A stretch of 64,000 bases of DNA from Hyphomonadaceae bacterium (GTDB taxonomy: Bacteria > Pseudomonadota > Alphaproteobacteria > Caulobacterales > Aquidulcibacteraceae). The stretch spans positions 56,614 to 120,613 of the forward strand of contig JBFWOC010000002.1 of NCBI GenBank assembly GCA_050250735.1, read 5' to 3'. The notes under the pieces were generated by a model. The model saw nothing but the letters and a program-made list of their open reading frames with translations, did no database searches and was not told where the DNA came from. A program made the translations under genes and the position numbers. The first letter of the stretch is position 1; every line of letters starts with the position of its first letter. Of the stretch, positions 9,196-17,447 are shown one piece after another.

Positions 9196-10467
9196 ATGGG
9201 TGCGGCGCACACTGCGGCCGGCGCTTCATCGGGCGGTTTTGACACCCCGCCCGGCGCACCCTATTTCACTGCCGCTTTGGCCAATCCGACTCGATCCTCC
9301 GCCACCGGCGCGCCCACCGGTGCGCTTGTGCTCGCCGACGGTTCCGTTTTCCTGGGCGAGGGCCTGGGCGCCATAGGCGCCGCTGAGGGCGAAGTCTGCT
9401 TCAACACGGCGATGACCGGCTATCAGGAGATCCTGACCGATCCCTCTTACGCCGCCCAGATCGTCGCCTTCACCTTCCCGCACATCGGCAACGTCGGAAC
9501 CAATATCGAGGACGTCGAAAGCTCGTCGCCGGCAGCCGCCGCCGCGGCGCGCGGCGCAGTTTTCCGCACCCGCCCGACGCCGCCCTCGAACTGGCGCAGC
9601 GATGGTGATCTCGGCGCCTGGCTGAGACAGCGCAACGTCATTGCGCTCGCCGGCCTCGACACCCGCGCACTGACCAAGCGCATTCGCGAACAAGGCATGC
9701 CCAACGCCGTCATCGCGCATGCGCCGGACGGCATATTCGACCTCGACCAATTGCACGCGCGCGCGAAAGCCTGGAGCGGACTCGACGGGCTCGACCTCGC
9801 GAAAGAAGTGACGACTGCCCAAAGCTATGTCGTCAACGAAGGCCGCTGGCAGTGGCCGGTCGGCGTGCCCGAACTGCAAAAGCCGAAGTTCACCGTCGTC
9901 GTCATGGATTACGGCGTGAAGCGCAACATCCTGCGCGCGCTCGGCGATGTCGGCGCGCGCGCCATCGTGCTTCCCGCCACCGCGACGGCGGAGGAAGCGC
10001 TCGCGCACAAGCCCGACGGCATCCTCTTGTCAAACGGCCCCGGCGATCCCGCCGCGACCGGAAAATACGCCGCGCCCCAGATCAAGAAACTCGTCGACAG
10101 CGGCCTGCCGGTGATGGGCGTGTGCCTGGGCCACCAGATGCTCGGCCTCGCGCTCGGGGCCAAGACCATGAAGATGGCGCAGGGCCATCATGGCGCGAAC
10201 CATCCGGTGAAGGACAAAGACACCGGCAAGGTCGAAATCGTATCGATGAACCACGGCTTCGCCCTCGATCCGAAAACGTTGCCGAAAGGCGTGAAGGAAA
10301 CTCACGTCTCGCTGTTCGATGGCAGCAATTGCGGCATCGAACTGGAAGGCAAGCCGGTGTTCTCGGTGCAGTACCATCCGGAAGCGAGCCCCGGACCGCA
10401 GGACAGCCATTATTTGTTCGAGCGCTTTGCCAAGCTCATGGCCAAGAAGGCGAAGAGCGCAGCTTGA
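9196..10467 (+). CDS. carA: carbamoyl-phosphate synthase small (glutaminase) subunit
   Basis: [38 protein letters not shown] and [22 protein letters not shown] are CarA motifs. The true start may be the in-frame TTG at 9277, which gives a more typical 396 aa. Confidence 0.9.
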   Translation: MGAAHTAAGASSGGFDTPPGAPYFTAALANPTRSSATGAPTGALVLADGSVFLGEGLGAIGAAEGEVCFNTAMTGYQEILTDPSYAAQIVAFTFPHIGNVGTNIEDVESSSPAAAAAARGAVFRTRPTPPSNWRSDGDLGAWLRQRNVIALAGLDTRALTKRIREQGMPNAVIAHAPDGIFDLDQLHARAKAWSGLDGLDLAKEVTTAQSYVVNEGRWQWPVGVPELQKPKFTVVVMDYGVKRNILRALGDVGARAIVLPATATAEEALAHKPDGILLSNGPGDPAATGKYAAPQIKKLVDSGLPVMGVCLGHQMLGLALGAKTMKMAQGHHGANHPVKDKDTGKVEIVSMNHGFALDPKTLPKGVKETHVSLFDGSNCGIELEGKPVFSVQYHPEASPGPQDSHYLFERFAKLMAKKAKSAA

Positions 10468-10535
10468 GCGCTGTTTGCGGGCTCAAACGCATCGCACCGT
10501 GTTGGCCTGGCGCGACCCTCTCGTTAGGATCAGGC

Positions 10536-11006
10536 ATGAACATCGAACGCAAGACGCTGCCGGAGCAGCACTACATCTACGTCGACCGCGTCTCGTCCCT
10601 CTCGGGTGCGGAGATCGGCGCGGCCATGGCGTCGGGCTTCGGCGAAGTGTTCGCCTTCGCGATGCAGAACGGCGTCAAGCCGCTGGCCATGCCGATGTCC
10701 ATTTATTTGCAGATGCCGTCCGACAATAAGATGGCGTTCCGCGCCGCGGTCCTCGTCAGCGCCGAAGACGCCAAGCGCGCAGCCGGTCAAGTGAAGGCCG
10801 GCGTCATGCCGGCCGGCGAAGTCTACATGACCACCCATGTCGGCTCCTACGCCAGTCTCAACCAAACCCATAAAGCCATGTGGGACGAGATGACGGCCCA
10901 AGGTATTTCCAAGACCATGCCGGTTTGGGAAATCTACATCGACGACCCCCAGACCACGCCAGAAGACAAGCTCCGCACCGAAATCTACCGCGCCGTCGGC
11001 AGTTGA
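10536..11006 (+). CDS. GyrI-like (AraC effector-binding / SOUL-like) small-molecule-binding domain protein
   Basis: This is the last 156 aa of track ORF 9852..11006, from the ATG at 10536. MNIERKTLPEQHYIYV..HVGSYASLNQTHKAMWDEM..PVWEIYIDDP is the typical GyrI-like architecture. The upstream part of that track ORF overlaps carA out of frame. Confidence 0.75.
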   Translation: MNIERKTLPEQHYIYVDRVSSLSGAEIGAAMASGFGEVFAFAMQNGVKPLAMPMSIYLQMPSDNKMAFRAAVLVSAEDAKRAAGQVKAGVMPAGEVYMTTHVGSYASLNQTHKAMWDEMTAQGISKTMPVWEIYIDDPQTTPEDKLRTEIYRAVGS

Positions 11007-11101
11007 GCGTGACGTAGTGCATTCTGCGCGTGGCGTTTGGCGTCACCACTTCACAGCTTCCTGACTGAACCCTAGTCTCCAGCCGCGCTCTGCGCGGGGG
11101 G

Positions 11102-12145
11102 ATGCAAGTCATGGAAATGGTCACCGGCCGGCTGCCGCTCAAACCGGCTGAACCGTCCCGCTACGATATTGGCGCTGCGCCAACGGCGATCCTTTTGAGT
11201 TCGTTCGAGACAATTGCGAACCTATTTTTGATCGCGGTCTGTCTGCTCTTTGCACTCGCTGCGGTCACCATCGGCCTGCCGTTCTTTCTTCCCGATTACC
11301 CGTTAACGGCGAGCCTCGATAGCTGGTTGCAGATCTTATCCAGCAACATGCACGTAGTGTCTCTGGGCGCGATCGGCGCTCTTGTGGTTGCGTTTGTTCT
11401 TCCGACGTGGATCGGCTATCGAAAGAAGCTGAAAGCACAACTCGCGCGTGATGCGGCGCCTCTTTCCAGCGGCCCTTTCGTTTTGATACTCCGTCCTTTT
11501 CACACTGACGCGCGCATTGGCATGCCCCACCCATTTCTGCAGCTGGGTTTCGAATCTGCGATCGATAGCAGCGGGGGCATGCACGCTCCGGAGTATGTCG
11601 CGCGCGTACTCGAGCGGTATATCGACGTGCGTCAAATTGGCGGCAATCGTGAAGACATCGCCGCGTCGCGCATGTTCACCAGCGACGACGATTGGCAGGC
11701 CGTGCTCGCAACACAGGCTGTGGAGGCATCCGCCATCGTAATCATGCCGCTGGTCACGAAGCGACTCGGCGAGCGCAAGACGCACGGGACGAGCACGGTG
11801 TGGGAGCTCGAGCATCTGTGTGCGACCGGCGCACTCGCCAAGACGGCGTTGCTGTTGCCTCCGTGGGAGTACATCGGCGGCATCGCACAGCAATGGTATA
11901 TCAGAGGGCGGCTCAAGAAGGAGTGGCGCCAGGTGCAGGCCGCAGCGGCCAAGTTCGGCCTCGACCTGCCGGCGTACAATGGCGACAGCGACGTGCTTCT
12001 GTTCTCGCAAGAAGCCAACGGGCGCTGGGCTGCGCGCAGCGGCCACAGGGGCGCAGCGACAGACTTGGCGCGCAATCTGTTGGATGCGATGGACGAACTA
12101 ACCATGCGCAGCGGGATCGATCTGGCGGCCGGGCGCGCTGCTTAG
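11102..12145 (+). CDS. hypothetical membrane protein with C-terminal Rossmann-like (TIR/SLOG-like) domain
   Basis: 347 aa. Two hydrophobic helices are present (LFLIAVCLLFALAAVTIGLPFFL; VVSLGAIGALVVAFVLPTWIGY). These are followed by FVLILRPFHTD ... ASAIVIMP...HGTSTVWELEHL...KTALLLPP. I recognise no family with certainty. Confidence 0.6.
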   Translation: MQVMEMVTGRLPLKPAEPSRYDIGAAPTAILLSSFETIANLFLIAVCLLFALAAVTIGLPFFLPDYPLTASLDSWLQILSSNMHVVSLGAIGALVVAFVLPTWIGYRKKLKAQLARDAAPLSSGPFVLILRPFHTDARIGMPHPFLQLGFESAIDSSGGMHAPEYVARVLERYIDVRQIGGNREDIAASRMFTSDDDWQAVLATQAVEASAIVIMPLVTKRLGERKTHGTSTVWELEHLCATGALAKTALLLPPWEYIGGIAQQWYIRGRLKKEWRQVQAAAAKFGLDLPAYNGDSDVLLFSQEANGRWAARSGHRGAATDLARNLLDAMDELTMRSGIDLAAGRAA

Positions 12146-12274
12146 TTACCGTGCGACGCTTTGCGAATTCGGCCTTACCTCTACGCAATCGCCCGGATAC
12201 GCTAAGGCCCGACGCCGGCGGCAGGCGGCGCCATCGCGGACGCTCTTGACGACCGGCTCTTGAAGGCCAGCACT

Positions 12275-13033
12275 ATGCTTCTCAGACGCGTGATCGAACA
12301 TCTGCGCAAGCAGGAATGGACCGCCATCGCGATCGATTTCGTCATCGTCGTAGTCGGCGTCTTCGTCGGCCTGCAGGTCAGCAATTGGAACGAAGCACGG
12401 GCCAATCGCGGCATTGTCGATCGCCACCTCGCCGAGATCGTCGAGGATCTGGATTCCCACCTCGAGCTCCACGATGCGCTCTACGGCTCCGCCCTCGCGC
12501 GCATCGGGGCTGTCGACTATATCTACGCGCACGCCTTCGATCGCGCATTGCCGAGAACGCTGGTGCTCTCGACAGAGAGTTGGGAAGCGCCGCCGACGCC
12601 GCCCATCCCGCCGGACCGTCTCGACAACCTGATGGGTTCGATAAATCTGGTGCGCATCACCGTCGGCTCGCGCATCGCCTATGATTCGCTCATCAGTTCT
12701 GGCCATATGGGCCTGATCGAAAATCGCGATCTCGCACGGGAAATCCAGAAATATTACGGGCTCTACGACGATCTGCTCGACACCAACACAGTCTTCCGCA
12801 ATTTCCGTAACGTCGGCGTCGCCGCCAATTTCGCCAACGGCCTTTCTTCGTTCGACGAGCGTCCCGCCTCGGAGATCATCCAGCTGGCGCGCGACAATCC
12901 CGACTTCGCCTCCTACCTTCGCACGCAACGGGAATGGGCTATCCTTCACGCCGGTCTGCTTGAAGAGCTGCGCGTCGAGACGGTGCGATTGCGCGACGCC
13001 ATCCAGGCCGAGCGCGCGCGCATCTCGCGCTAG
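12275..13033 (+). CDS. hypothetical N-terminally anchored protein, DUF6090-like
   Basis: Track ORF 12260..13033; ATG at 12275 preferred. MLLRRVIEHLRKQEWTAIAIDFVIVVVGVFVGLQVSNWNE resembles the conserved N-terminus of DUF6090 proteins (from memory). Confidence 0.55.
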   Translation: MLLRRVIEHLRKQEWTAIAIDFVIVVVGVFVGLQVSNWNEARANRGIVDRHLAEIVEDLDSHLELHDALYGSALARIGAVDYIYAHAFDRALPRTLVLSTESWEAPPTPPIPPDRLDNLMGSINLVRITVGSRIAYDSLISSGHMGLIENRDLAREIQKYYGLYDDLLDTNTVFRNFRNVGVAANFANGLSSFDERPASEIIQLARDNPDFASYLRTQREWAILHAGLLEELRVETVRLRDAIQAERARISR

Positions 13034-13101
13034 CGCCTCGCTCCGTCTTTCGGCGCCACTCGCGAAGAAAGCGAAGGCGCCAAGCTTAGTCTCCCGGCCC
13101 C

Positions 13102-13611
13102 TCAGGACTGGTTCACGATCTGGTAGCGGCCGCACAGCTTCGCGTCCCAGACGCCATAGGCTTCGCTAACGCCTTGAAACACACCAGCTTGTTCGGCGCC
13201 GAAGAGCACCAGCCGATAGCGTTCTTTCACGAATGGTCTATCGATGCAGTATCCGCTGAACTGAAGCAGCGATGAACCCGCGCTGCCGCGCACCAGTTCG
13301 GCGCCGGCTGTGCCCTTCGAGAACCACGGCGAAGCCCCGACGGTCCACAGAATCTCTCCCTCGAGCGCGCCGTTCGCGGGAGCAAAAAGCGTACCTTCCA
13401 TCAAATAAACGCTGCGGTCCACGCGCGCCTCGCCTGAGAGCAGAATGAGGCGCCGGCCCGGCGCCGGCTCGACGGGCGCCGGCTTCGCGTCCGCGGATCC
13501 GGCGACTGGACCATGCAGCTCGCAGATGGTGCGAGCCAAGGCCTGCAACCCATCAATGAAACTCCGCTCTCCCCTGGAGGCGATCGATTGGCATGCGGCG
13601 TCGCTCTTCAT
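13102..13611 (-). CDS. hypothetical protein
   Basis: 169-aa ORF with no rival ORF of comparable quality. The C-terminal half (ILWTVGASPWFSKG..YRLVLFG..GVFQGVSEAYGVWDAKLCGRYQI) looks like a beta-rich domain. No family recognised. Confidence 0.5.
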   Translation of the reverse strand: MKSDAACQSIASRGERSFIDGLQALARTICELHGPVAGSADAKPAPVEPAPGRRLILLSGEARVDRSVYLMEGTLFAPANGALEGEILWTVGASPWFSKGTAGAELVRGSAGSSLLQFSGYCIDRPFVKERYRLVLFGAEQAGVFQGVSEAYGVWDAKLCGRYQIVNQS

Positions 13612-13717
13612 GCGCGGTTTCCACTCTGGTTGGACCGCGATCCTGCATGTTCTAGGCTGCCTCAGCGCAGCGGCTTAGACGGAGTCTAGCGCCAAGACTC
13701 CGTGTCACGCTTAGACT

Positions 13718-14524
13718 CTATTGCTCATCGCACTGGAGCAGGATTTCGATCTTCCAATTGCGCGCGCACAGCATGTTCGTCGGCCGGTGCTGGAGTCCCG
13801 GATTTGTCATTTCCGCCAACACAAATCCGGTATTCTGCAGCAAATGGCTGAGGTCGCGGCCGAGCCGATAGCACCAAACCGCCGTCGCGGTGCCATCCAT
13901 GCCGAAGGCGGCGATCAGCCCCGGCCCCCCGGGCCAGGCTTCGTTCTTGCGGAGCAAGAACACGGCGGTGCGACGCTCGGTCGATTCGTCGGTGCGTTTC
14001 AACGGCGCGCCCGTCCAATCGCCCAAGTCCAAATAGGGCGCGCCTTGCGTCTGGCGGAACGCCATTTGCCGCTTGCTGTCGTGCGGAGGTTGAAGCGAGC
14101 GATGAAGCCGTTCGTGCAGCAGAACCCGCCCGCGTGAGGTCCATGCCATGTAGTCTTCCCAGACGTCGAACATCCGGCTCTCGAGATCAGTGTAACTTTG
14201 CTGGATCCGCTTGCGAGATTCGTCGACGCGATCGTGCATCGGCGGCCGTGTGGTCTGCAGCAGAACGTCGTGCGCGGTCACGAACGGCATTTCGACCTTG
14301 TACAGATCATCGGGGCGGACCGGTTCCGGCGGCGGCTCTTCGGGCGGGTAGTCGAGAATGGGCTCGCCATATTCAAAACCGAGGCGCATCAGCGCCGGAA
14401 TGATGTCGAGCGCTGCGTGCTGATCACGGCGCGCAGCGAGCGGGACGAGCCCGCTTTTGGGCGTCAAGAACAATGAAACAGGGTGAACGCGGCGGACGGG
14501 CGACAAGCCCACGTCGTCGTGCAT
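13718..14524 (-). CDS. hypothetical protein
   Basis: Track ORF 13718..14716. I prefer the ATG at 14524 because GGGAGG lies 7 nt upstream on the minus strand. The longer form would leave only 15 nt to the divergent dehydrogenase gene. No family recognised. Confidence 0.5.
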   Translation of the reverse strand: MHDDVGLSPVRRVHPVSLFLTPKSGLVPLAARRDQHAALDIIPALMRLGFEYGEPILDYPPEEPPPEPVRPDDLYKVEMPFVTAHDVLLQTTRPPMHDRVDESRKRIQQSYTDLESRMFDVWEDYMAWTSRGRVLLHERLHRSLQPPHDSKRQMAFRQTQGAPYLDLGDWTGAPLKRTDESTERRTAVFLLRKNEAWPGGPGLIAAFGMDGTATAVWCYRLGRDLSHLLQNTGFVLAEMTNPGLQHRPTNMLCARNWKIEILLQCDEQ

Positions 14525-14731
14525 GTGAGAGCCTCCCATTGCGAGCCTCAGGAAGCTTTGGTTATCCACAGGCGTCAATGGCGGCCCCGCAGCCGCGCAA
14601 GAACCTGCCTCCGTTGCTGCAAAGATCAGGCTTTCGCGAAAAATCCTCGCCGCGCGGGGTCGCGCGCCGCCGATGTCCACGGCCGAAGACAGCAGGCGCT
14701 CCCCGCCCTGTCCCATCGCTAGCCGCGCGAC

Positions 14732-15667
14732 TTGCTGCGGTTCATAACAGCGCCCGTGACCAGGCCCGCGCTACTCGTGCATCCCCCGCTCGGCTTGTTC
14801 GAGTTGCGCCTCGCTGACTACGAGGTGGTGCATTGGCCTACGGAGCGCCGCGACATTCGCGCCGCCGTCACTATCGGCCATATCGGCATCTCGAACGCCA
14901 TGATCGACGCGCTGCCGGAGTTGGGCGCGATTGTCTGTTTCGGCGTCGGCGTCGATGGCGTCGATCTCGACTATGCGCGAGGGCGCGGCGTCTCGATCAG
15001 CCACGGCCGCGACATCAATCACGAAGACGTGGCCGACGTCGCCATCGGCCTCATCATCGCGCGGTTACGGCTCTTCACCGAAGGCGAGCGCGTGCTGCGC
15101 GAAGGGAGATGGACGCCGCCGCTCGCCGTGCCGCCGCAGAAGCGGTTACGGGGGCGTAAACTCGGCATCGTCGGCATGGGCGCGATCGGTTCGGCCATCG
15201 CCCGCCGCGCCGAGGCGTTCGGCATGGAGATCAAATGGTGCGGTCCCCGCGCCAAGCCCGAGGTCAAGCACGCCCACGAACCAGATCTGCTGAAGCTGGC
15301 GGAATGGTGCGATATCCTCGCCATCGCCGCGCGCGGAGACAAGACGACGGTGAAGATCGTCAACGCCGCTGTCATCGACGCCGTCGGCGGCGATGGAATC
15401 ATCGTCAACGTCTCGCGCGGCAGCGTCATCGACGAAGACGCCATGATCGCTGCGTTGAAGAGCGGCGCTCTTGGCGGCGCCGGTCTCGACGTGTTCGCCG
15501 AAGAACCGACGCCGGCAGAGCGCTGGAAAGACGTGCCCAACACCACGCTCACGCCGCATCTTGGCGGCGCCACGCGCGAGGCGCTCTGGCAAGGTTCGCA
15601 GAACGTGCTCGAAAACCTCCGCCGCTTCTACGCCGGCGAACCCTTGCTGACGCCGCTGGCGTTTTAG
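14732..15667 (+). CDS. D-isomer-specific 2-hydroxyacid dehydrogenase (glyoxylate/hydroxypyruvate reductase-like)
   Basis: 311 aa. GIVGMGAIGSAIARR is the NAD-binding GxGxxG. IVNVSRGSVIDEDAMIAAL..GAGLDVF..EP and TPHLGGAT are family motifs. Start is TTG at 14732 or GTG at 14756. Confidence 0.85.
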   Translation: MLRFITAPVTRPALLVHPPLGLFELRLADYEVVHWPTERRDIRAAVTIGHIGISNAMIDALPELGAIVCFGVGVDGVDLDYARGRGVSISHGRDINHEDVADVAIGLIIARLRLFTEGERVLREGRWTPPLAVPPQKRLRGRKLGIVGMGAIGSAIARRAEAFGMEIKWCGPRAKPEVKHAHEPDLLKLAEWCDILAIAARGDKTTVKIVNAAVIDAVGGDGIIVNVSRGSVIDEDAMIAALKSGALGGAGLDVFAEEPTPAERWKDVPNTTLTPHLGGATREALWQGSQNVLENLRRFYAGEPLLTPLAF

Positions 15668-15719
15668 CGAACTTGCGAAAACCGCTCCCATGATACCGCA
15701 CGCTGCCGCGCAGGTTCCC

Positions 15720-15744
15720 GGAACTTCCCGGCGCGCAGCCTGTT
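15720..15744 (+). promoter_or_regulatory. candidate EcfG-type (general stress response sigma factor) promoter
   Basis: GGAAC (15720-15724), a 16-nt spacer, then TGTT (15741-15744), about 35 nt upstream of the 15779 ATG. The alphaproteobacterial EcfG consensus is GGAAC-N16/17-CGTT. Confidence 0.4.
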
Positions 15745-15778
15745 GAAGCCGCAGGGCAAGAGATTTGGAGAATGACAA

Positions 15779-16036
15779 ATGGCTGAGAGAGAAGGCAGCG
15801 GCTCGTCGCCGTGGATCGCGTTCCTGGCCGGCATCATTATCGTTGCGATCATCGCCTTCGGCGTCGTGGCGTATACTGGCGGCCTCAATAGTCCTCGTGA
15901 AACGGCGGAACTCGAGCTCAATGTTCCGGACGTGAACGTCAATCCGCCGGACATCAATCTGCCGGAACCGCCGCCGGCGCCGGTGACGCCGCCCAGCGCC
16001 GAGCCCGCGCCGGTTGAAGCGCCGGCGACGAACTAA
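15779..16036 (+). CDS. small membrane protein with Pro-rich tail
   Basis: 85 aa. One TM helix (WIAFLAGIIIVAIIAFGVVAY), then PDVNVNPPDINLPEPPPAPVTPP. GGAG lies about 9 nt upstream. Confidence 0.6.
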   Translation: MAEREGSGSSPWIAFLAGIIIVAIIAFGVVAYTGGLNSPRETAELELNVPDVNVNPPDINLPEPPPAPVTPPSAEPAPVEAPATN

Positions 16037-16113
16037 TTCGTCACAGTACCAATACCATCGAGGGCGGCGGATTGCTCCGCCGCCCTCTCCGCGCACCCGA
16101 CTTGCCGTTGTGC

Positions 16114-16842
16114 TCAGCGCAGCTCGAACGTCACGCCGACGCTGACGCGGGTTTCGATTTCGCCCGGCGAAATCGGCGGCGGCGGCGCGGCGCCATCTTG
16201 CGCGGCGAAACGCTCGACCGCGACCGGAATTGGCGGCGCATATCCGCCGCCCTCACTGACCGCGACGACGCGGTTGACGCGCATGCCGAGCGCATCGGCG
16301 TAGAGTTCGGCGCGGCGGCGCGCTTCGGCAACCGCATCGCGGCGCGCGATATCGAGCTGCGCGTCGGGATCGGCGTGCGTAAAGGAGACGCCGTTGACGG
16401 CGTTGCCGCCGGCCGCCACCGCTGCATCGATGACCCGCCCGGTATTGTCGATGTTGCGTACTTTCACAGTGACGCTGTTATTGGCCTGATAACCGGTGAT
16501 GCGCGGCGCTTGGCCTTCGCCATAAACTTGCTGCGGATAGACCGAGACGTTGGAGGTCTGAATATCGCGTTCGGCGACGCCGGCGCGGCGAAGCGCCTGC
16601 GTCAGCGCCGTCATGCGGCGCGCGTTCTCCGCAAGCGCGGCGGCGGCGGTTTGGCCTTCTGTGGTCACCCCGAGATTGACGATCGCCAGATCCGGGCGCG
16701 CTTCTGATGCGCCGTCGGCGTTGACGGTAAGCAACGTCCCTTCCGCCAGCATCATTTGTCCTTGGGTTTGGGCCTGGGCCGCAGGCGGAACAGCCGCGGC
16801 GGCCAGAACGGCGAATGCCGCCGCGGCTTTGAGCACGTGCAT
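16114..16842 (-). CDS. SIMPL domain (DUF541) periplasmic protein, BP26/Omp28-like
   Basis: Only the 3' 242 codons of track ORF 16114..17355 are used. ATG at 16842 has GGAG upstream and a signal peptide MHVLKAAAAFAVLAAAAVPPAAQA. LTVNADG..PDLAIVNLGV..NSVTVKVRN..ISPGEIETRVSVGVTFEL is a SIMPL pattern. Confidence 0.8.
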   Translation of the reverse strand: MHVLKAAAAFAVLAAAAVPPAAQAQTQGQMMLAEGTLLTVNADGASEARPDLAIVNLGVTTEGQTAAAALAENARRMTALTQALRRAGVAERDIQTSNVSVYPQQVYGEGQAPRITGYQANNSVTVKVRNIDNTGRVIDAAVAAGGNAVNGVSFTHADPDAQLDIARRDAVAEARRRAELYADALGMRVNRVVAVSEGGGYAPPIPVAVERFAAQDGAAPPPPISPGEIETRVSVGVTFELR

Positions 16843-16844
16843 GA

Positions 16845-17165
<321 letters not shown>

Positions 17166-17169
17166 TTGA

Positions 17170-17364
<195 letters not shown>

Positions 17365-17447
17365 ATCGCAATAGAAACAGCGCCTCCGAATCGTTTCGGC
17401 GAATCGCTGTATAATAGGCGCACACCGCCCTCTTCCTTCAGGCTCCG

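Noticed and set aside
9852-10535. Upstream 228 codons of track ORF 9852..11006
   Set aside because: This part overlaps carA out of frame and reads as an Arg-rich artefact. Only the part from the ATG at 10536 (GyrI-like domain) looks real.
13052-13081. Imperfect hairpin between the convergent genes at 13033 and 13102 as a terminator
   Set aside because: The stem is interrupted (GGCGCC..TCGC / GCGA.GGCGCC with bulges) and there is no flanking T run. The evidence is too weak to call.
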